DNA of 64,000 bases from an uncultured Dehalococcoidales bacterium (GCA_964654015.1 CAZZHQ010000002.1:21702-85701); one strand, 5' to 3'. Counted from the stretch's first letter, positions 18,783-28,180 are shown. Program-made: numbers and translations. Notes: a model not told the origin generated them from the sequence alone.

Positions 18783-19994
18783 ATGCCAGAAGAAGATATA
18801 AAGAGCAGACAACTTGAGAGTGGCACGATTGATTCTGCGGAGCGACTTGTTTCCATTGTTAAATGTACAAGGACTGATGATCCGGACAGCGTTCTCGAGG
18901 CGACACTGGAATCACTTAACCTGATTGGTGGGCTGGAATTGCTGATTAGCCCCGGAGATACTGTACTGCTGAAACCAAACGTGCTCTGTCCTTTTAACTA
19001 TAGGACAGGCGCCGTAACCAATCCTCATCTGGTGAGGGCGATGTGCCGCCTGGCACGGGCCGCGGGTGCTAAAAAGGTCATCATAGCGGAGAGTGCCGCC
19101 ATTGGATTCGATGATACCATGGAGGCGTTTGCCGGAAGTGGTATCGCAGCGGTTGCCAGGGAAGAAAAGGCTGAGCTGGTAGACCTGCTGGATACTCCTA
19201 TCCTCTGCATGGGAATACCCAATGGTATAGTATTAAGGAGGCTGCAAGTACCAGAGATAGTTATGCAGGCCGACGTGCTGATTAACCTGCCAGTGATGAA
19301 GACGCATGATGTTTTCCCTGCGACGCTGGGGCTTAAGAATATGAAAGGCGTGCTTCGTCAACAGGATAAGAAAAAATTTCACCGCTGGGGACTGGCTCAA
19401 GCCATCGTGGATTTAAACAAGCTGGTGTTGCCACAGCTTACGGTCATTGATGGGACGGTGGCTATGGAAGGCATAGGGCCAGTATATGGCACGCCTGTTA
19501 ATCTTGGGGTTATTGTTTCTTCCTTTGATACTGTTTCTGCTGACGCAGTAGCTGCTACAGTGATGGGTATTGACCCCATGGAAATTGAATATATTAAACT
19601 TGCTGCCGAGCAGGGACTGGGATGCGCTGATTTGTCCCAAATCCAGGTGCGGGGTTCCTCTATAGACGATGTTAAAAAGGAGTTTAAGACCACACGGGTT
19701 GACTTCGATTCATACAGGGAGCAGGGGTTTTGGATCCATGAATCAGGTGCCTGTAGTGGTTGCCATCATTTTATGGAAAGCTTGCTAACCTTTCATATGA
19801 AAGAGAACTTGGATTTGCTGAAAGGGTATACGATAATATTTGGACAGACAGTCACGCCTCCGGAGAAGATTGAAGGCGAGCTTCTCTCCTTTGGCTCCTG
19901 CACCAGGAGATACAGGAACCAGGGAGGATATATCGCTGGCTGCCCTCCTCATGGCCTGGATGTAGTTGAGTATCTCAGGGCAAGAAAAAGATGA
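18783..19994 (+). CDS. DUF362 domain protein
   Basis: VLLKPN, MKTHD and DGTVAMEGIGP motifs. The ATG at 18783 has AAGGAGGA upstream. The ORF track's start is 18726. Confidence 0.7.
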   Translation: MPEEDIKSRQLESGTIDSAERLVSIVKCTRTDDPDSVLEATLESLNLIGGLELLISPGDTVLLKPNVLCPFNYRTGAVTNPHLVRAMCRLARAAGAKKVIIAESAAIGFDDTMEAFAGSGIAAVAREEKAELVDLLDTPILCMGIPNGIVLRRLQVPEIVMQADVLINLPVMKTHDVFPATLGLKNMKGVLRQQDKKKFHRWGLAQAIVDLNKLVLPQLTVIDGTVAMEGIGPVYGTPVNLGVIVSSFDTVSADAVAATVMGIDPMEIEYIKLAAEQGLGCADLSQIQVRGSSIDDVKKEFKTTRVDFDSYREQGFWIHESGACSGCHHFMESLLTFHMKENLDLLKGYTIIFGQTVTPPEKIEGELLSFGSCTRRYRNQGGYIAGCPPHGLDVVEYLRARKR

Positions 19995-20130
19995 CTTTAA
20001 GTCGATACGTGGGATTAAGCCCGATGGATATCCATAGAGCCGTCTATGCGAAGGATGCTGCTGGTACAGGATAATAAATAGTTCTAACGGTAGTCAGGAA
20101 TGCTATAATCAGTAGTGGCAGGTAGATATC

Positions 20131-20550
20131 ATGTTTATAACGATTAAGGCGAAAACACTTGGCAGGTATATGTTAATACCATCTATCCTGATTATGATTG
20201 GCTGTATAGCGTTTATGTATTTCTTGATTTCCAGGATAATAACTACTGGTGAATATATTAGCTGGACAGCCCTGTCGACACCGGTTGCCGTTATAGTTAT
20301 TTCTTTCTCAGTGTTCACTCTATACACCAGCATTCGCTATATCAGGAGCAGGCCTTTCAGGCAGAATAGAATACTGGGCTATATATTAATAGGCAGCAGT
20401 CTCCTCTTTTTACTTAGTAGTTCCTCAATAGTTATTTTCAATAATATTACCGGGGTTAACCCTGGTGGATGGCTACATCCTGTGATAGGATTTATTGCCG
20501 GGGCATATCTAAGTCTATTAGGGGCAGGTCTCATATCTGACAACAAGTAA
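20131..20550 (+). CDS. Small polytopic membrane protein, function unknown
   Basis: 139 aa with four hydrophobic segments. Confidence 0.5.
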   Translation: MFITIKAKTLGRYMLIPSILIMIGCIAFMYFLISRIITTGEYISWTALSTPVAVIVISFSVFTLYTSIRYIRSRPFRQNRILGYILIGSSLLFLLSSSSIVIFNNITGVNPGGWLHPVIGFIAGAYLSLLGAGLISDNK

Positions 20551-20749
20551 TGTTGCTGGATATGCTACTAGATTAGTTACTGCCAGGAGTGGCATTAACA
20601 CACGCCGGGTGATTTTGGGAAAAACTTTCACTACTGAAGGGCAGACGGTGTATACACGTCTCGGCGACTGGTTTGCTATAGCTATCTCAGTGATGTTCGG
20701 AACGACTATTATCATTGCCATCTTTTCGATCATGCGTGGGCGGGATTGA
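20522..20749 (+). pseudogene. Possible 3' remnant of an apolipoprotein N-acyltransferase-like (Lnt/CN-hydrolase membrane) gene
   Basis: Open frame without a start codon. It ends ...TVYTRLGDWFAIAISVMFGTTIIIAIFSIMRGRD*, resembling Lnt C-termini (T.Y.R.GDW plus a final TM). Recognised from memory only. Confidence 0.35.
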
Positions 20750-20860
20750 ACTATCTGTTACTAAAGGCCAAGTGTCTTTCGTGACAGAGCCAGAGTGGGC
20801 TGGGTTTCAATGACATGACAAAGCTGCCCGTGGCCGGGATCGTAGTACCAGTTGTTTGCA

Positions 20861-22135
20861 TCAATCCTCATCCGCTCGTTCCATTCCTGTGGAATAAATG
20901 GTTAGTAAAAGTTCGGTATCATCAATGAGTCGATAAGTCGGTTTCTTTCCGGAGAGTTTTTCACTCTCATTTAAAATTATTGGAACACCATCGCCCCGCT
21001 TTTCCATATAGAAACTACGGCCCACACTGCCAACCGTTTCCGCTACTGGTGTTTCCGCAAGCAGGCTAGTGATCAGTTCGTTGCGGGTTACCTGGCGCAG
21101 GGCTATGCTTTCAATGGTGACGGTATTCGGAAGAGCGCCTGGTGAGTAGATTTCCAGCCGATCATCAAACATGAAGAACCTGATCTTTGATCCAGAAATC
21201 GAGTAATCACGATGAGCAACGGCATTTACGACTGCTTCAAAAACAGCTCGTTCGCTAAACTGCGGTGTTTCTATCCGATAAGGTTCCTTAGTGGCCATAA
21301 TAGTTTGATTTCTCTTCAGGAATGCCATGACCTGTTTGATTTGCTGATCTAGTGGTCCGTAAATCTTTTGGGCATCAGTTTGGTAATTGGAGTCTTGCCT
21401 TACTCCCCGATAATGTACAGCTTCAATGAAGGCACTGGGTAGAAAGTGCTCCGGATGTTCACAGCAAAGCAATACACCAGCTACTGAGGCACGGACAGTT
21501 CCCCCTTCCTCTTTTGATAGCAAATTTCGTTTCAGCAGGACAATCTCCGGGGATTCATCAGATCTCGTGGTGAATTTAGGCCACAATTTATCGGATAAGT
21601 CGCTCATACTTGATTGAGGGACAGGCTGTTCTTCGAATCGAATTAACAGGGTCTGTCTACGTTGTTGAAACAAGCGGGCAAGATATTCAGGGGGCATTTT
21701 CCGTTTAGAACTCCCCTGACGATAGAAGTAACCCCCCATACTTTCATGGACAAACAGACTACGTGGGATCTCCACTTTAAGGACGGGCTGTAGTACTCCT
21801 GTGTTATCAGAAAGCTCAATACGGAAAGCGCGGAATAAGACGGGAGGCTTGATACTTTGTTCGCAAATTTCGAATACATATCGCTCGACTATATCTAACT
21901 GATCTATAGGTATCCCAACAATTTCTTTGGTTTTGTCATCAACACCAAGCAGAAGAATGCCATCGAAGGTATTTGCAATAGCTGCTATCTCATCGGAAAG
22001 GTCACCACGCGAAGGGCCAGCAATATTTTCGCCTCTGAATCGGACCATCTTGTATTCAAGTGAAGTATCTTCTCCAAGATGTATTTTTCTCAATAGTTCT
22101 TCTATACTGTCAAACATGACGTCCCTCCAATGCAA
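20861..22135 (-). CDS. AlbA_2 (Schlafen-like) plus HATPase_c_4 plus C-terminal wHTH protein (COG2865 type)
   Basis: N-terminal EDTSLEYK...GILLLGVDD pattern of the AlbA_2 domain and an AHRDYS motif in the ATPase-like domain. It overlaps the upstream gene by 26 nt. Confidence 0.75.
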   Translation of the reverse strand: MHWRDVMFDSIEELLRKIHLGEDTSLEYKMVRFRGENIAGPSRGDLSDEIAAIANTFDGILLLGVDDKTKEIVGIPIDQLDIVERYVFEICEQSIKPPVLFRAFRIELSDNTGVLQPVLKVEIPRSLFVHESMGGYFYRQGSSKRKMPPEYLARLFQQRRQTLLIRFEEQPVPQSSMSDLSDKLWPKFTTRSDESPEIVLLKRNLLSKEEGGTVRASVAGVLLCCEHPEHFLPSAFIEAVHYRGVRQDSNYQTDAQKIYGPLDQQIKQVMAFLKRNQTIMATKEPYRIETPQFSERAVFEAVVNAVAHRDYSISGSKIRFFMFDDRLEIYSPGALPNTVTIESIALRQVTRNELITSLLAETPVAETVGSVGRSFYMEKRGDGVPIILNESEKLSGKKPTYRLIDDTELLLTIYSTGMERADED

Positions 22136-24875
22136 TGCGGCGATAGCGCTGTTCGAAAGCCTTGCGTCCGCCCTCCATAACCGTGCAAATCGTTTGCCGA
22201 ACTATGCTCTCCTGAAGGCTGCCATTACACTCCTTACGTGTTTCTCCGCCTCTCACAACGAGAGCAGTTACCAACTCTGCGTCACCGTTGACGACGATGT
22301 TCGCGTTGTGTGTTACCACGATTACCTGTCTATGCTGTTTAACCTCCCTCAACTGGGTCACGATTAAGTCATAGATCAGGTGGTTGTCCAGATCGTCCTC
22401 CGGCTGGTCCAGAATCAGGGGCTCCTTACCGTAGGAAAGTAGAAAAGCCAGGAGCGCCGCGGTTTTCTGGCCGGGCGAACCCTCCTGGATTGACCGGAAG
22501 TTCCTCCCATCGCTCATTTGGCTGTATTGGACGTCGAGGGAGTCTTCAGGAAACCAAAGGTCAAGGCGGTCAAGAGCTTCGGGTGGGAGCTTTACGATAT
22601 GGGTCGCGAAACGTCGGTCTGCCACAGTTCCCTCGTCGTATTGGTCCAAAGCAATCTTTCTAATCTTGTTCTTGATGTTTGCAAGATTCTGTTCGATGTC
22701 CTCGGGTCCGTTACCGTTCCTGTAAAGTTCGCCAAGCAATCCTTCACCACCTATTGAGCCAATGTCTTTATCAAAACCTCTGTCTTCCCTTTGAAGCAAT
22801 CGGCGAAACTCGGATTCGACAGTCTCACGCGTTCCGTAAGGAACGACATGTATCTGGACATACTGGTTATCACTTAGGATGTTATTGATGAAATCCCCGC
22901 GAGATTTGGTCAGCTCTTGGCGGATTTCTACCAGTTGTTGCAATCGAAACTTTGCCTGTTTATTTAGCTCTTCGACCTGTTTTTTACGCTCGTCCAGTTC
23001 CTTCAGCCGCTGCTCGATGGTCTGCCGGCGCTGTACGAACTCGCCGTAAGTTGCAGGATCGCCGGCCCCTTCTTGGGCCAGATTCTCTCGCAGTTCTTGA
23101 TAGGCTTGTGCAGCAGCACTGACGCTCTGTTTCCAGGACGACTCATCCCTGTTTTTCCGCCATTCGGCGAGAACTTCATCTGTTTGCGATGCAAGAGATT
23201 CAACCGCTTTTCGGATTTCATCCAGGCGATCATGTACCTTGGCAGCATGCTTGCGCAATTCAGTATCTATCGCTGAATCCGGATTGAAGGTTGTTTCGTC
23301 GAGAAGGTCTGGGACTATTTCTCCCGCGACTTTACGTAATTGGTCTCCTGCACCAGTCCAGCCTTCCTCCCATGCCTCGACATCCCGTTTCTGGCGGCTC
23401 CGTTTTTGGAAGGTTTTAAGGACATCGGCATGTCCTGCCTGCTCGAAGATGGCCAGTTTTCGTTTCACGTCGTCGAGTTCTCCTCGAAGACGTGGCTCCT
23501 CTGAGAGACCTGCTTCGATTTCTCTGGCCTTAGCGCGTAGAGAAAGAAATCGTCCTTCCTGCTCATTCCACCGATCATTCCAAGACCGATAGTCAACCTT
23601 CGAAGCTTCATCGACAACCTTGAGTAGCGCAAGCGGCGTCTTCGTTAGCTGGAATATCTGCTTCTGGCTGTAAATACGTACAGGAAACCGTTGTTGAATA
23701 TCGCCTTCTGCGGGGCGCCATTCTGCATCGATATATTCCTCAATGGGTTCAAGGTCCCCGGCAGGATTCCACTGAACACGAAACCGAGAACCGTTCTTGC
23801 GATAAATCGCCGTGATCGCAGTGTCGTTTGTGAGTAGCCCTACGTCTTCTCTATCCGGGTAAACACGCCCATACTTTTCAAACTCTGCTTTCAAATCGTC
23901 CGGCAGCTCATCCTTCCGTCGCAGAACAAAGCGAAGGAACTCGACGATGGTCGACTTTCCCGTGCCCCTGCCCCCAATGATGGCATTGAGCCAGGGGTTA
24001 AGCTCGATATAGAAGGGTTGAGAGTGGCCTAAAAAGCGTGCTTGCGAGATCTTTATGGATTCCAATACCAATGCCGCGTGCTCATTTGGGTTTTCGGTCC
24101 CCTGGTCGGATCGGCGAATCGAGAGGGGTCCGTCAAGCAGAGCGAGCCGCAACCCTTCGATGTTGGGCGAACCCATCTTAACCCAGGTGAAATGGCTGCC
24201 TGGATATCGCTGTCCCGTGTTACCGGAAGGATGATGGGCGTCCGATCCAAGGATTTCAGTCCAGCACAGGTTTTTGCTAATGTATGCTTGTGGTTTCTGA
24301 TATGCATGGTTCATTAGCTCAAGGGTGAAGATATCTTTGCAGTTCAATATTTGCTGTAATGTAGTCCCCGTTTGTTGAAAAAGCCCGTTGTTCTCATCCA
24401 CATGGGCAGGAATTGCTATTCCATTGGCCGATACTATAGCGTCGATTACTTCGATAAACGATTTGGTTGTGACAACATTGTTTGAACCCTTTGTTCCAGT
24501 GAATCCCGCAGCTCCGAGGAGTGAGTCGATATCCGATGTTGTTTTATCGCATCCCAGGATTGCCAGAAGATGCACGCCGCCGTTAACCGAGATTTCTACA
24601 CTGGGGAACACATATATAGGCCTGAATCCCTCAGGTTGCTCTGATTCGAGTTCGCTAAGTGCTGTCTTAACGCGATCAACCCATCCGCCAGTGTTATGAT
24701 CCGTGATGGCAACGCAATCAATGCCTGCTCGCATATAGTCGAGAAGCCATTCCCTAGGTTTACGTTGTTTGAGAGCCGCCTGATCTGTGCCCTTGCCGTA
24801 ATCGTCCGAAGCTGGAGTATGGGTATGCAAATCAAACTTCCACCACCGCGAACCGTTCCATTTCCAGTCTGTCAT
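22110..24875 (-). CDS. PHP-domain phosphoesterase fused to an ABC/SMC-like ATPase with a long coiled-coil insert
   Basis: N-terminal WWKFDLHTHTPASDDY and AITDHN (PHP). Walker A GGRGTGKST. About 300 aa of heptad-rich Glu/Arg/Lys sequence. A signature-like SPGQK, Walker B LILDQPEDDLD and VTHNAN. Confidence 0.8.
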   Translation of the reverse strand: MTDWKWNGSRWWKFDLHTHTPASDDYGKGTDQAALKQRKPREWLLDYMRAGIDCVAITDHNTGGWVDRVKTALSELESEQPEGFRPIYVFPSVEISVNGGVHLLAILGCDKTTSDIDSLLGAAGFTGTKGSNNVVTTKSFIEVIDAIVSANGIAIPAHVDENNGLFQQTGTTLQQILNCKDIFTLELMNHAYQKPQAYISKNLCWTEILGSDAHHPSGNTGQRYPGSHFTWVKMGSPNIEGLRLALLDGPLSIRRSDQGTENPNEHAALVLESIKISQARFLGHSQPFYIELNPWLNAIIGGRGTGKSTIVEFLRFVLRRKDELPDDLKAEFEKYGRVYPDREDVGLLTNDTAITAIYRKNGSRFRVQWNPAGDLEPIEEYIDAEWRPAEGDIQQRFPVRIYSQKQIFQLTKTPLALLKVVDEASKVDYRSWNDRWNEQEGRFLSLRAKAREIEAGLSEEPRLRGELDDVKRKLAIFEQAGHADVLKTFQKRSRQKRDVEAWEEGWTGAGDQLRKVAGEIVPDLLDETTFNPDSAIDTELRKHAAKVHDRLDEIRKAVESLASQTDEVLAEWRKNRDESSWKQSVSAAAQAYQELRENLAQEGAGDPATYGEFVQRRQTIEQRLKELDERKKQVEELNKQAKFRLQQLVEIRQELTKSRGDFINNILSDNQYVQIHVVPYGTRETVESEFRRLLQREDRGFDKDIGSIGGEGLLGELYRNGNGPEDIEQNLANIKNKIRKIALDQYDEGTVADRRFATHIVKLPPEALDRLDLWFPEDSLDVQYSQMSDGRNFRSIQEGSPGQKTAALLAFLLSYGKEPLILDQPEDDLDNHLIYDLIVTQLREVKQHRQVIVVTHNANIVVNGDAELVTALVVRGGETRKECNGSLQESIVRQTICTVMEGGRKAFEQRYRRIALEGRHV

Positions 24876-25193
24876 GATTCACCTCCTGTTCTAGTCACCG
24901 CTTGGTCGTACCGCCTGAGGAGTTTGGGTTCCTCCTGGAGGACATTCTCCTGAATCTTGCGGGCTACGGCAATAATTATAGTGTAGCCGCGCTCTTGCCA
25001 GGTTTTTTTGAAGCCAGCGCGAAAGGTCCAGATTGACGTTAATCCGCGGAGCGCCAACGTGTCCTTGTACGTCTTGAAGGGCAGTGGTTTTCCCTGCTCC
25101 TGCCGGAGCTACGACCAGCATGAGCCGGTGATATAGTTCATTTGCTTGTTTGATCTTTCGCACAATCTGATCCGCGAGTGGTTCTGCCATCAC
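24872..25193 (-). CDS. BrxF-like small P-loop NTPase, reading frame broken at an A7 run
   Basis: ELYHRLMLVVAPAGAGKTTAL...INVNLDLSRWL resembles BrxF N-termini, from memory. The upstream frame (start 25193/25190) terminates at 24891. The +1 frame continues to a stop at 24872-24874, which forms an ATGA overlap with the next gene. The shift maps to T7 at 25003-25009 on the plus strand. Confidence 0.55.
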
Positions 25194-25405
25194 TGTTTCC
25201 TCTTTGTATCTGGCTTACTAACTCTCGTTTCATCCAACCATCTGTCAATGGCCTCCTTCCGGAAGCGCCAGTGACGACCCACCTTCTGGGACGGAACCTT
25301 ACCTTCCCGAACGAGCTTATAGAGCGTGGATTTCGAGATTTTCAGGTAGAAGGAGAGCTCTTCGATAGTCAGGACATCGCCTGGTTTTTTATCCATCAGG
25401 TACAC
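25190..25405 (-). CDS. Excisionase/MerR-type helix-turn-helix DNA-binding protein
   Basis: LTIEELSFYLKISKSTLYKLVREGKVPSQKVGRHWRFRKEAIDRWL is the classic excisionase-family HTH pattern. It is the first gene of the operon. Confidence 0.8.
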   Translation of the reverse strand: MYLMDKKPGDVLTIEELSFYLKISKSTLYKLVREGKVPSQKVGRHWRFRKEAIDRWLDETRVSKPDTKRKQ

Positions 25406-25457
25406 CTCTCCGCCCGCAAGGCAAAAGTCCCTTCATAATGCCTCATAACGATTAACT

Positions 25458-25486
25458 AATATACAGTTAGTGACAGTTGCTGTCAA
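25458..25486 (-). promoter_or_regulatory. Promoter-like element TTGACA-N17-TATATT overlapped by the palindrome TGACAG-ttg-CTGTCA
   Basis: Read on the minus strand: TTGACA (25486-25481), a 17-nt spacer, then TATATT (25463-25458), 53 nt upstream of the HTH gene's ATG. If the host is archaeal, TATATTAG could instead act as a TATA box. Confidence 0.5.
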
Positions 25487-25721
25487 CCTTTTTTCTGGAT
25501 TTGAGATAATCAATGCCTAATTCGACTAGATACTGGTTGGAATGAGTGCCATTTCACTACTGTATGTTTTATATTTAATAAAGACCCATGCCAAAACGCT
25601 GATCTCCCTGGCGTGAACCGGTACGAGGTAGTCTAGTTCTTCAGTGAAAAAGACTTGAGTACACGTAAATGGCCTTGAGGGAAACCTGTCTCTGGTTATA
25701 CTTTAATGACCGCTTGCTGGT

Positions 25722-28025
25722 TCAGGATGCTATTGGGGGTGCCGGTGTCTCTGATTCGCTTATTTCCGGGATTAGACTGTTACGCCGTTCACGGATGGCT
25801 GCCTGTGCCGCAACCAGTTTAGCTGTTGGTATGCGGAAAGGACTGCAACTCACATAATCAACCAGTATATTATGGAGATAGCAAACAGAATTGGGCTCTC
25901 CTGCCTGCTCACCACAAACACCAACTTCAATGCCAGGTTTACTGCGCCGTGCCCAGAAGAGGGCTGTCTCCATGAGACGGCCAACGCCTTTGATATCCAG
26001 TATTTCGAATGGATTATTCCGCAGAATGCCAAGCCTGAGGTATGATGAGAGGAATTTTTTCTCCACGTCCTCCCTGCTGAATGAGAATACGGCCTGCGTC
26101 AGGTCATTGGTGCCGAAAGAGAAGAAATCCACCACTTCAGCCAGACTTCCTGCTCTCATGCAGGCTCGTACGGTCTCCATCATTACACCAAACTTCAGCT
26201 TCATCCCTTTTAACATATCTTTAACAAGCAGTGTTTCTTTAGCAGTGATGACCTGCGGGAGCATAATGGATACATTTGCAGGGACATCTTCCATTGCTTG
26301 TTGGATAGCATTAAGTTGCATCTGGTATAGCTCTGGGACTGTGACAGCAAGGCGAACACCTCTGTGACCCAGCATGGGATTGGTTTCCCTGAGGTCGGCG
26401 ATTCGCTGGCGTATGCGGACGTCTTTCACCTGGTCTTCGCGTGGAAGGAATTCATGTAGGGGCAGGTCCAAAAGCCTGATGATAATGGGTAATCCTTTTA
26501 GCACCTTGAAAAGCACTCCGAAATCTTTTGTCTGTAAAATTTGCAGCTCATCCAGTGCTGTTCTCTGTTCTTTTTCATTTCTGGCGAGAATGAACTCACG
26601 GATGACAGAAAGGCGTTCAGGAGCATTAAACATCCTCTCTGTACGGCAAAGGCCGATTCCTTCGGCGCCGAACTGTTGTGCTTGCGCAATCATTTCCGGG
26701 GTGTCTGCATTGGCTCGAATACCAAGTCGCTTAAATCCATTGCACCATGTTAGCAGTGTGCCAAGTTCAGGAGTGAGTCCTACCTTTTCCACTGGCAATA
26801 GACCCAGGTAAACATTTCCGCTGCTGCCATCGATAGTAATATCATCACCTTCTTTGACTATTTGTTCCCCGAAGGTGAACTGTTTTAATTCATAGTTGAT
26901 ACTGATTTCTTCTGCACCACAGACGCATGGCTTGCCCATGGCTCTGGTGACAATAGCCGCATGAGAAGTCAAGCCTCCTTTTTGAGTGAAAACACCATCT
27001 GCGGCAGCGATTCCCTGGATATCATCAGGGCTGGTCTCTGCCCTGACAAGGATTGTAGAAAGCCCTTTGTTTGTCATCTGCTGGACAGCGGTGGTATCAA
27101 AGGCTACTTTTCCGCCAACAGCTCCCGGTGCGGCATTCAGTCCCTTTACCAGCACCTTGTATTTGGATGGATTCTTGATTTGGTTATGCAGCATCCCCCG
27201 TATGTCAGCGACGGTAACTCGCATAATCGCTTCTTCCATGGTTATGGTATTTTCCTCAACCATGTCAACGGCAATTTTCATAGCTGCATATCCGCTGCGT
27301 TTACCATTTCTGGTCTGGAGGAGATAGAGCTCGCCTGCTTCAATGGTGAACTCAATATCCTGCATGTCCCGGAAATAACTTTCAAGCTTTACGCCAAGAC
27401 CATCAAGTTGTTTATAAATGGATGGCATTACCTTCTTTAGTTTCTCAATTGGTTCAGGTGTTCTTACTCCCGAAACGAGATCCTCTCCCTGCGCCTTTGA
27501 TAAATACTCGCCGAAAAGACCTTTGGCGCCGGTACTGGGGTTACGGGTAAAGACCACCCCGGTGCCTGAAGCGTCATCTTTGTTTCCATATACCATTGCC
27601 TGTATAACGGCGGAAGTGCCCAGGGTGGAACTGATGTTATTCAGGCGGCGGTATTCAACCGCCCGCATACTGTCCCAGGACTCAAATATGCTCCTAACAG
27701 CACTGGCCATTTTTGAGTAATCACCAATATTTAAAATGGTATCCATCATACCTGGCATGGATACAGGTGCGGAGGACCTTACCGAAACTTCTAGTCCCTC
27801 TCCCAGTTTCCTGCCCATTTTTTCTTCAAGAACTGAAAGAGCTTCTCTGATTTCGTCTTCGGGTAGTAATTTGGTTTCTCTCCATTGCTTATAGGCATCA
27901 ATGGAGATGGTAAATCCTGGTGGTATTGGAAGCCCAATCCTTGTCATGGTAACAAGGTTGGCACCTTTGTTGCCAAGCCGTAGCTTGTCGTTGAAATTGT
28001 CGCTGAATAGATGTACGTACTGCAA
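25722..28025 (-). CDS. ppdK: Pyruvate, phosphate dikinase (compact form)
   Basis: LGNKGANL, MPGMMDTILN, phospho-His motif GGLTSHAAIVTRAMGKPCV, GIGLCRTEHMF-like CRTERMF, and C-terminal FFSFGTNDLTQ...CSPFRIP. Confidence 0.9.
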   Translation of the reverse strand: MQYVHLFSDNFNDKLRLGNKGANLVTMTRIGLPIPPGFTISIDAYKQWRETKLLPEDEIREALSVLEEKMGRKLGEGLEVSVRSSAPVSMPGMMDTILNIGDYSKMASAVRSIFESWDSMRAVEYRRLNNISSTLGTSAVIQAMVYGNKDDASGTGVVFTRNPSTGAKGLFGEYLSKAQGEDLVSGVRTPEPIEKLKKVMPSIYKQLDGLGVKLESYFRDMQDIEFTIEAGELYLLQTRNGKRSGYAAMKIAVDMVEENTITMEEAIMRVTVADIRGMLHNQIKNPSKYKVLVKGLNAAPGAVGGKVAFDTTAVQQMTNKGLSTILVRAETSPDDIQGIAAADGVFTQKGGLTSHAAIVTRAMGKPCVCGAEEISINYELKQFTFGEQIVKEGDDITIDGSSGNVYLGLLPVEKVGLTPELGTLLTWCNGFKRLGIRANADTPEMIAQAQQFGAEGIGLCRTERMFNAPERLSVIREFILARNEKEQRTALDELQILQTKDFGVLFKVLKGLPIIIRLLDLPLHEFLPREDQVKDVRIRQRIADLRETNPMLGHRGVRLAVTVPELYQMQLNAIQQAMEDVPANVSIMLPQVITAKETLLVKDMLKGMKLKFGVMMETVRACMRAGSLAEVVDFFSFGTNDLTQAVFSFSREDVEKKFLSSYLRLGILRNNPFEILDIKGVGRLMETALFWARRSKPGIEVGVCGEQAGEPNSVCYLHNILVDYVSCSPFRIPTAKLVAAQAAIRERRNSLIPEISESETPAPPIAS

Positions 28026-28180
28026 TTTATTGAACCATTCCTTCCGGGGATAAATTTAATTTGACTAATTTACGAGGGGGAACTGAGGAGTTGACGTAAT
28101 GTCAATCTTTAAATAATCTCGCTGCGTATTTATATTTTTATTTCGAGACGAAGTATAGTCTATTTCCTCGTAAAAAGCCA

